Source: Epithemia pelagica
Lineage: Eukaryota; Protista; Bacillariophyta
Reading direction: 5' to 3'
Assembly: GCA_946965045.2 (NCBI GenBank)
Contig: OX337242.1
Coordinates: forward strand, 992,001 to 1,056,000
DNA length: 64,000 bases
Shown: in pieces, positions 55,977 through 64,000 of the stretch
Numbering within the stretch: the first letter of the stretch is position 1
Layout of the letters: every line of letters starts with the position of its first letter
Translations under genes and position numbers: made by a program
The notes under the pieces: model-generated
Told to the model about the DNA's origin: nothing
Databases searched by the model: none
Seen by the model: the letters and a program-made list of their open reading frames with translations, nothing else

Positions 55977-58532
55977 CTACAGTATGCCTAGTGTTTCTCC
56001 CCCAAGTTCCCGTAGCTGGTGAAAGTTCTCGTAAAGGAAATGCACGCATTCATCGCCTGTCCCCATTTTACATCGACTGTATATGGCACTGTTATGTGAC
56101 AAACAGAAAGCACGATGAGCGGGTGTGGATGTAGCGTTGATGCACAGGACACGTTGGGCAAGCTGCCAAAGAACCGGGTACATGGATGATCGTGATTCAC
56201 GACCCCACCATTGGCCTATCACATCAGAATCCAATGTAGGTTCCATCCCAACTGCTTCACGATAATGCTCCAACTCAACTTCACAAATGTGTCTCCAATT
56301 ATCTGGATCAAAGTCCACCGATTTCTTTTCGGCTGTCTTCTGAGGCCCTTGATCGTGTTTGTATAACTTCAATAGATCATCTAGTTCCGTGGTCCCACCC
56401 TTTCGGAGCTGCCTTGCCTGTTTTTCTTTAACTGTGTTGTTGTCTTTAATTATTTTCGTCTCAAAAGTCATTTCTGGACCCAAGCGCAGCATTTCCTGCA
56501 GCAAATTTGACCAAATCTGATTCTGAATGTATTCTGGGAAAACAGAAAGCAGTTTGAATCTCGGATCAAGCGCATGTGCCATCAGTATAGCCTTATGAAT
56601 CCGGACTTCTTTGGGTGCGTCATCTACTCTCCTGTCTTCTTCGGAAGACACACCCAAAGGAGAAGCACCGGCTCTGTCCCGAGATGCAAAATTCCCAAAA
56701 AGCTTATCCATCATACTCAACATTTCTTTGGCAATAGTTTTCACATTCGCATTGTTGCTGTCTTCTCTGAATATCGTCTGAAGTTCTTGGTAAATCAGAT
56801 GGGTCACCAAAGGGACGAACGAGGCCGACGGGTTTGACTGGTGTCCCTGTAGCATCTGTTGCGCAAAGCGCAGAGGCCTCAACATAAAGTGAAGTTCTTC
56901 AAGCGCCTCCCACTCTTCTTCGGTCAACCGAGGTGGTCGATTCTCTTTTGTTGTTACGCCTGGCATCCACTTTCGTGACACGTAGGTTGTAATGGCTTCT
57001 CTGAGGCCGAATAATCGTTCGAGCATATTTTGTGTGGACCACCAATTAGTGCTGAGATCTTGTGCGAGATTCTTTAAGGCATCTTTTTCTTCCTCGGATG
57101 CACACGATTGCTTTGCGATCACCATCAACTCATCGTTGGCCTGGATCGATGCTTCGAAATGAGCAATAAGCTTGCGAACCCTGGGAAGAAGGGATTTCTT
57201 TGTCGGTGCTTGTTTCACGTCATGCATAGTGTTGTCGTCGCCAGATCCCGCTTCTACATCAACTCCTTCGTCTTCGACGTCATATTCGCCGCAATCGTTC
57301 CCTGCACCAACCCCAAGTGCACCTTCGAACGCTTTCTTTGCAACAAGGTTAAGCAGATGGTCAAGACATGGAATGTTTTCTGTGTATTTCATTTTCTCAA
57401 TTGATAGACCAAATGCATTGGTCTCGATCTTCCGGTCAGATACATGGTACTTCAATGCAGATCCAAATCCCCAATAGTTGATCCTCGTCGAGAGATCTTT
57501 CATGATAGATGGCCTGATATGCTCTGTTCCTGTTTCTCTTTTAAGTATATAGACAGCTAGCACTGCAGATTCGAGAACATGGTCTTCAATCCATTGCACA
57601 GAGAATGACACATAGGAGAGATTTCGGCGTGAAGTCCAGTGATTTGTTGCTCCACAAAGAGGCTTCCCTCTAATTCTTTGCTTCAAATGCTCTCGCAACT
57701 TTCTGGCAGCGAAATATATACGCTTCGTCAGACTTTGCGTTGTCACTTCAAGTTGGTGGGGGGTGACTGCCGCTACCTTTGTGGATGTAACAGTGGTCTG
57801 AAGCAAATGTTTGTGCCATCGAGATTCAATGTGCGAGAACGGGAGGCCCTCTCCAATAAGGTACATCACCTGAGCCATCGTTTGAACTCGAACTGCGGCG
57901 GCTTTACGATCTGTAGCACGGACAACAGCAGTGCTTGAAGAAGTGGCCTGTGATTTAATTTTGTGTTGTTGTTGTTCTTGTGATGGTTGTGAATAGTTCT
58001 TGGACTTCTTGCTCATGACGAGCAGTTCTTCACTGCGATCTCGTTTCTTTGAAGTGTCTTGTTCTTTTTCTTCCATTTGCTCCTTTACACCTGGATGCCT
58101 GCGCTTGAGATGCGATGAAATGGCACCGGCAGTGCCTGACAGCTTCAAATCCTTGCCACATATGTTGCATACAAACATTTCGGAACCGTCGTCAGCAAAA
58201 TATGTGTGAACGGCTTGCCACGCCACGGCCTCTCTTTTAGACCCTGGAATGTATAAGGTTACTCCTGCACCCTTCTTCCCACTTTTCCAATCAGAGTGTA
58301 CTACCGTCACGTCTTTGACGATCCCCGAACTACTGTCTTCGACAACTGTGACGCCAAACTCTGTACGACTTTCAATGGTGGCTTTGGAGTGATATCCAGT
58401 GGCGATATCCAATTCGGACTGAGGCGTAGATTCTTTGTCATAGCTGATCAAAGGTGTTCTGTAATCTATGTCATGAGAATCGCACATTTTCCTTTCAATC
58501 CTTTGTGTTGAAAAATGGAAATTAATGAGCAA
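55977..58532 (-). CDS. BED-finger hAT transposase-derived protein; intact ORF, predicted catalytically inactive
   Basis: BED finger WQAVHTYF...CNICGKDL...SSHLKRRHP; ATNHWTS (normally TTDxWTS); HVSDR; PCLDHLLNL (CxxH); STNWWST; C-terminal dimerisation region WW...YPVLWQLAQRVLCINATSTPAHRAF. Confidence 0.85.
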   Translation of the reverse strand: MLINFHFSTQRIERKMCDSHDIDYRTPLISYDKESTPQSELDIATGYHSKATIESRTEFGVTVVEDSSSGIVKDVTVVHSDWKSGKKGAGVTLYIPGSKREAVAWQAVHTYFADDGSEMFVCNICGKDLKLSGTAGAISSHLKRRHPGVKEQMEEKEQDTSKKRDRSEELLVMSKKSKNYSQPSQEQQQHKIKSQATSSSTAVVRATDRKAAAVRVQTMAQVMYLIGEGLPFSHIESRWHKHLLQTTVTSTKVAAVTPHQLEVTTQSLTKRIYFAARKLREHLKQRIRGKPLCGATNHWTSRRNLSYVSFSVQWIEDHVLESAVLAVYILKRETGTEHIRPSIMKDLSTRINYWGFGSALKYHVSDRKIETNAFGLSIEKMKYTENIPCLDHLLNLVAKKAFEGALGVGAGNDCGEYDVEDEGVDVEAGSGDDNTMHDVKQAPTKKSLLPRVRKLIAHFEASIQANDELMVIAKQSCASEEEKDALKNLAQDLSTNWWSTQNMLERLFGLREAITTYVSRKWMPGVTTKENRPPRLTEEEWEALEELHFMLRPLRFAQQMLQGHQSNPSASFVPLVTHLIYQELQTIFREDSNNANVKTIAKEMLSMMDKLFGNFASRDRAGASPLGVSSEEDRRVDDAPKEVRIHKAILMAHALDPRFKLLSVFPEYIQNQIWSNLLQEMLRLGPEMTFETKIIKDNNTVKEKQARQLRKGGTTELDDLLKLYKHDQGPQKTAEKKSVDFDPDNWRHICEVELEHYREAVGMEPTLDSDVIGQWWGRESRSSMYPVLWQLAQRVLCINATSTPAHRAFCLSHNSAIYSRCKMGTGDECVHFLYENFHQLRELGGETLGIL

Positions 58533-59176
58533 TTCAGTAGCGGAAGGGGATTTCAGTGGCAGAAAGCATTCCCCGGGATGATGGCAATTGCTCGATTCCC
58601 TTGCTGCTTCTCGGTGACAGATGCAACGAATGTGAGCTCAGCTCCCAACGTTAGCCTCCCAACGTTAGCCTCCCGGGTGACAGGGAAATGACAACCAGGC
58701 GTGCGGGAAAGTGAAATTAAAAGGATATTCAAACAAGATTCGAATGAAGCAAAGATGGAGAGTATCAAAAATTCCTGGACTCCCCCACTTCTCTGCTAGT
58801 AAAAAGTTGGAGTGATCTACCCGCCACCCGCCAACACGAAGGGAAAGGAAAAAGGAGTTACGCTGTTAGTCATGAGTATGAGAGAGTACCTACTAGAGCA
58901 AACATCAGTTTATCACGAAATGGAACCTGTCTCGGGGCTCATGGTGATGATGGATGATACTAGAGGGGAGTATCAACGAATAGGACATCCCAGAACTCTC
59001 CTTCTGACAGGTTCATTTTTTCCAGGTGACCTCACAGTAGCACAACACATAGCAGTTCATCGTTCGAATGCTCGGTTCGTTAATCATTCGGCACAGGGAA
59101 GGACTCCGCTCCTTCTCACTGTGATGTGGGGAAAGAAGGGGCGACGATATACGTAGTGACCAGAATCCGGCACTAG

Positions 59177-60100
59177 CTAGTGTTGGTAAAAGCTATCATA
59201 AAATCCGTTCCTTGTGAAACCTCCATCCACTGATATGACTTGCCCCGTGATATAGCCCGCTGCCGGGAGACAGAGAAAAGCCACCAGTGAAGCTACTTCC
59301 TCTGGTTCTCCAACTCGCCCCATTGGTGTACGCGACACGACAGCTTGATTGTATTTCGGATCTTTCAATACTTGCTGTGCTAGTTCCGTTTTGATATACC
59401 ATGGGGCAACGCAATTCACCCGAATACCATCCAAGCCCCATTCGCAAGCCCAATTACCAGTCAACTGGTTCATTGCTGCTTTGGTCAAGGCGTAAACGGA
59501 ACCGCTCTTCATGCAAGTGACACCTGCAACACTTCCAATATTCACGACACTACTCGTCCGCAGCTGTGAGGAAGCCCCTTCTCCCCGTTTCAAAAACGGA
59601 TGCAACGAAGACGTTATTTCAAACATTGAGACCAAGTTTGTTCGCATAATTTTGTCAAATTCCTCGGGTGTGTATGCCACGGACGGTTTTCTAATGTTGG
59701 TGCCAACATTATTGATCAAGATGTCGAGATTCGGCAGTGTGTCGACATCTGCCGTTTTCTTTGCTTCAAGCCATGACACCACCTTTTGCCTCAAGATTTC
59801 TCGTCCTTCTCTTGTGGAAACATCCGCTTCCACACCGTCAACATCCCAACCATTTTCATCTCTCCACTTTGACAAGCACTTCTCTAGTTCGGAACCATTT
59901 CTACTGCACGTTAACACCCGTACGCCCCACACTCCAGCAAGTTCTCTGACAACGGCCTGCCCAATCCCTTTGGTGCCTCCGGTTACGACAGCTGTTGTAG
60001 GTGACGGAAATCTCCAGAGCTCATTAGAAGGAGAAGCTGATTGGACGTAAAAGAAGAAAGCAGCCAGAAGCAAGAGCACCACATCGCTCTTTCGATTCAT
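59177..60100 (-). CDS. Short-chain dehydrogenase/reductase, tropinone-reductase-like
   Basis: [57 protein letters not shown]. Confidence 0.92.
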   Translation of the reverse strand: MNRKSDVVLLLLAAFFFYVQSASPSNELWRFPSPTTAVVTGGTKGIGQAVVRELAGVWGVRVLTCSRNGSELEKCLSKWRDENGWDVDGVEADVSTREGREILRQKVVSWLEAKKTADVDTLPNLDILINNVGTNIRKPSVAYTPEEFDKIMRTNLVSMFEITSSLHPFLKRGEGASSQLRTSSVVNIGSVAGVTCMKSGSVYALTKAAMNQLTGNWACEWGLDGIRVNCVAPWYIKTELAQQVLKDPKYNQAVVSRTPMGRVGEPEEVASLVAFLCLPAAGYITGQVISVDGGFTRNGFYDSFYQH

Positions 60101-60780
60101 GCCTGATTGGTATACTTAGTGGTGTTCCACTAAAAAAGATCTTCCAACTAATATGCAGTACCTGTTAGAGCTTGATCAGTCATTATGTTTCATCGATACA
60201 CCAGAAAATCGATCCCCAAATCCAGCGGGTGGTGAAGGTGGACCGGTGTCGTGCGACTGATATAATTTCCGGTGGGTAGTCTACCCGTGCTACGATAAAG
60301 AGCTAGGGCAGCACCAGCGCAACGGCATTTCCACCATTGCGCGAATGCCAAATGATCAAACTATCTATCATGCATATGGAATAAAACCGGAGACTCTTAA
60401 AGGTCGTTTGGTTTCCGCCTCTAAGTTGTGGTTGTTGAAGGGAAAGAATGGCCATTGAATCTGAAAGGTCAAAATAGCCGTGCATGCGTTAAAGCAGTCT
60501 TCAGCGGTAAACATTCTTGTGATCATCGTCAAGAGCATGGCGTTGCTATCGTTATTGATAAGAGAGCCGGAGTGGTGTGTTTATCGAAGCTGGTATTTGT
60601 TTACGGAAGACTTGAGAGGCTTCGAGTGACAGCGTTTGACAATCGTTGTTTGTTATATTTTTCACCTGAGAGTATCAATTGAGCGAATCAATGCGTGATA
60701 AAAAGATGGCCAAAACCGTCATGCGGACGTTCAACAAGCGGGCCATACGAACAACCAGCTTACTTCGCAAAAGAGGGCGA

Positions 60781-61663
60781 TTATTTCGTTCTAGCCACGT
60801 ACTCATCGAGTTCACGGAGATACCTTTCTCGGTCTTCCTTCGCCCTGTTGATGTACACAAGCTTCGCTTCTTCGGGAAGCTCCCGATATCTAACCGCCAT
60901 GACCTTGGCTATGTCTCCAAACGTCGCATCGGGATTCTCTTTAATGATTCGTTCTCTATTTTCAGCTGAAAAAAAGAGGAAAGCAGTCATGTTTTCTGGA
61001 GTCAAGCAAGAAAGGGAAGGTTAGCCCCGTTATTATCAGAAGGCAAAAATTGACAAAGATAATAAACAACACTCAATGCCATGATGCTTACTTCGCGGAG
61101 AAGCCCCGTCTTTTAAGTTTTTTCCCGTCGTTGCACCTGCTAATTTATATTTCTTCATCTCTTCCACAAAGTTTATGCCACTCTCAAACACCTTTCTATC
61201 CCATTCTTCTCGCTCACTATCCGACAGGGCTTTGAATTCCTGCATAAGAGCTTCAGCCTATAAAACATGAGCGACATAACCAGTGGTACTTTGACAAACG
61301 GGTATCATCGACGTACCACCATGCCAAATTCTTCGTTCTTCAACTTTTGTTGTACACGATCCCGATTGTCTCTAGCATAGAGAAAGAACGCAGCCATCCC
61401 TTTCTTGATCGACACTGAATACTGATGAAAAGCATAAAAAGTGAGCTTTCAAAGAAACAAAACGAGGCCGAAACGAGCATTGATGTTACACTTACGGTAA
61501 CTGAAAAGAGCCGTGGTTCACGTGGCCGTTTTCCATTTTCGTTCGTTGTCGTATGGCTCGATTCTCCGTCATCTTCTTTCTTCCCCTGATCGTCATCTTC
61601 ACCGTCCTCTCTTGGTTTGCCGGTGGCATCCTCATCCAATCTGTGTTCCTCGCTGGGACGCAT
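60781..61663 (-). CDS. HMG-box protein, multi-exon (exact exon boundaries uncertain)
   Basis: Last exon NMTAFLFFSAENRERIIKENPDATFGDIAKVMAVRYRELPEEAKLVYINRAKEDRERY. The middle exon (EFKALSDSEREEW..K) and first exon (GKRPREPR...VT followed by GTAAGT) suggest a second HMG box. Confidence 0.75.
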
Positions 61664-62022
61664 GATGTTCTACAAGCAAATTGACCTTCGACCTTGATTG
61701 CTTGTCCGTTGCGAGATGAGGTGAGAGGTGAGTCTTGTGTCTTGACTCTTGACAGACAGTTTTGTGTGCGGAGGATGGGCGGATTTGTCGACAAAACTAT
61801 GTAGTATGCAATGTGCTGTACCAATGTCTACTCTATTACAGACAGTTGAATGGTAGATGAAAATACTATGAACTTTGTTGTAGGTCTTACGAATGATGGA
61901 ATTCGAAACACGGTTCGAATCATTCGTGATTCGTGATTCGTGATTCGTGACAGTCAGTGGGATCATTTGCGATTCTCTCGTGGGTTTCCCATTAGTTTTG
62001 TACAGGATCTTTTCGATGCACG

Positions 62023-64000
62023 ATGTTAACACCGCCAGCAGCAGAAGAAACCAAAACCGAGGATGCTCCTGTGGAGATCTTTCGTAAGGACTATACACCA
62101 CTGCCATTCACAGTGTCGACCGTTCGATTGGATTTTGACATTTACGAAGGCCGGACGGTCGTAACTACCGAGATGAAACTTGTCTCGAATCCAAACTTCT
62201 CTTCTGAAAGTGGGTCGGGAGAACTTGTATTGGATGGTGATGAAACGTGCGTGACACTCAAGAGTCTCTCCATGGATTCCATGGATGGAGTAGATCTTAA
62301 GGAGGGAACGGATTACACCTTGAGTCCAGGCAAGTTGACCCTTCTTGCACCCAAGGACGGCGCATGGATTAAGAGTGTCGTGGAAATTGTCCCAGAAGAG
62401 AATACTCAGTTGAGTGGTTTGTATCGTGCATCCACAAGTCCCATGTACTGTACCCAGTGCGAGGCCACGGGCTTTCGACGTATCACCTATTTCCCGGATC
62501 GTCCCGATAACATGAGTACCTATGAACGCGTCCAGTTGACAGCGAATGCCGAAAACTTCCCTGTGCTCTTGTCCAATGGCAACCTCGTTGAAAAGGGTGT
62601 CTCTCCGGACGACGACAGTCGTCACTATGCTGTGTGGAGTGATCCTTTTCCCAAGCCATCCTACTTGTTTGCCGCTGTTGCTGGTAACTTGAAAAGTATT
62701 CAAGATGAGTATGTCACCACTTCAGGAAACAAGGTTCATTTGGAAATTTATTCTGAACCCAATGCCGTCCACAAACTTCAATATGCCATGGATTCATTGA
62801 AACGAAGTATGAAATGGGATGAAGACCGATTTGGATTGGAATACGATTTGGGAATCTTTAATATCGTTGCCATATCTGATTTCAACATGGGAGCCATGGA
62901 AAACAAGGGTCTGAATGTGTTCAACACTGCCTTCGTGTTGGCAGATCAAAAGACCGCCACTGACGCTGACTTTGAACGTGTGGAAGGAGTGATTGGACAT
63001 GAAGTACGTATTAACATGAAACGTTGGGATTCTTTTCATGGTCACATATTTGAACTTTGCTCATTTGTTTTTCCATAGTACTTCCACAATTGGACAGGAA
63101 ATCGCGTTACTTGCCGAGATTGGTTTCAACTTACATTGAAAGAAGGATTGACAGTTTTCAGAGACCAAGAATTTTCAGCTGATATGAATTCTCGACCAGT
63201 TGTACGCATCCAAAATGTACGTCTGTTGCGTGGACACCAGTTCGCTGAAGATGCAGGTCCAATGTCCCACCCCATTCGTCCGGACTCGTATATTTCGATG
63301 GACAATTTTTACACGTCCACGGTTTACAAAAAAGGTGCCGAAGTCATTCGTATGTATCAGACAATCCTGGGTGTGGAAGGCTTTAACAAGGGCATGAAGC
63401 TTTATTTCCAACGCCATGATGGAACAGGTGTAACATGCGATGATTTCTTGGCCGCCATGGCCGACGCTAACGGCGTCGATTTGTCGCAATTCTCTCTTTG
63501 GTATAACACGGCTGGTACTCCCGCGGTCACGTATTCGTCCGATTACAAGGATGGATCGTTTAAGTTGACTCTCTCGCAGAAGAGCCTCAGCAAATCTCCG
63601 ATGCATATTCCCATTTCCTTTGGTCTTCTTGACAAAGCCACCGGGGAAGAAGTGGTGCCAACTACTGTCTTGGATTTGAAGCAAGCCACTCAAACATTCA
63701 CCTTTGATGGCCTGAAGGGGGATGTTGTCCCCTCGATATTGAGAGAGTTTTCAGCTCCTATCAAATTTGCACCTGAGTCAGGTGATGTAGACGAAGAGTG
63801 GTTGGCGTTTTTGGCCGCCAATGATACGGATGGATTCAACCGATGGGAGTCAGGGCAAAAACTGTACTCTTCGCTTATTTTCCAAACTTTGGAAGGCCGT
63901 GTGTCTGAAAAGACTACGGAATACGTCTATGAGGCCTTTGGTCGAGCCTTGGCGGATAAGGAGACATCCGACTTTTCAATCCAGGCCTACAACATGATAA
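62023..64000 (+). CDS. pepN: Aminopeptidase N (M1 family, PepN type); runs off the window
   Basis: IFRKDY, LSGLY, TQCEATGFRRIT, FPKPSYLFA, GAMENKGLN; HE|YFHNWTGNRVTCRDWFQLTLKEG across intron 63004-63078. Confidence 0.95.

Overview
Eukaryotic nuclear DNA, most likely a pennate diatom. This is inferred from short GT-AG introns, dense gene packing and a diatom-type copia element. The two gene-rich arms (1-28.3 kb and 54.6-64 kb) carry about 18 host genes: a TPR protein, a PB1-ZZ-LIR-UBA autophagy receptor, an HPC2/ubinuclein-like protein, a CHTOP-like protein, a WW-cyclin Y fusion, a prolyl 4-hydroxylase, C1D, a Reb1/TTF1-like Myb protein, signal peptide peptidase, NOP16, an NXPE-like SGNH protein, a Cys-rich surface protein, a ZIP transporter, a PHD protein, a cyclin, an SDR, an HMG-box protein and aminopeptidase N. 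Between the arms lies a transposon island of about 23 kb (30-53.2 kb). It holds a Dada-like DDE transposase frame broken by one stop codon, and a complete Ngaro-type tyrosine-recombinase retrotransposon with split direct repeats (A1-ORFs-B1-A2-B2). The A2 repeat is interrupted by a 1.64-kb non-autonomous TIR element packed with 10-bp and palindromic 20-bp arrays. The island ends with a young full-length Ty1/copia element with non-canonical AGTC...GACT termini and a 5-bp TSD. The most notable observations are: (1) a VHL-beta-like domain fused to a secretory-pathway prolyl 4-hydroxylase; (2) an intact hAT transposase ORF that has lost two of three catalytic residues, a candidate domesticated gene; (3) the non-canonical copia termini and separated gag/pol; (4) the array-filled TIR element; (5) a 150-nt rod-like hairpin upstream of NOP16. 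All family assignments come from motif recognition by eye; no database search was run.
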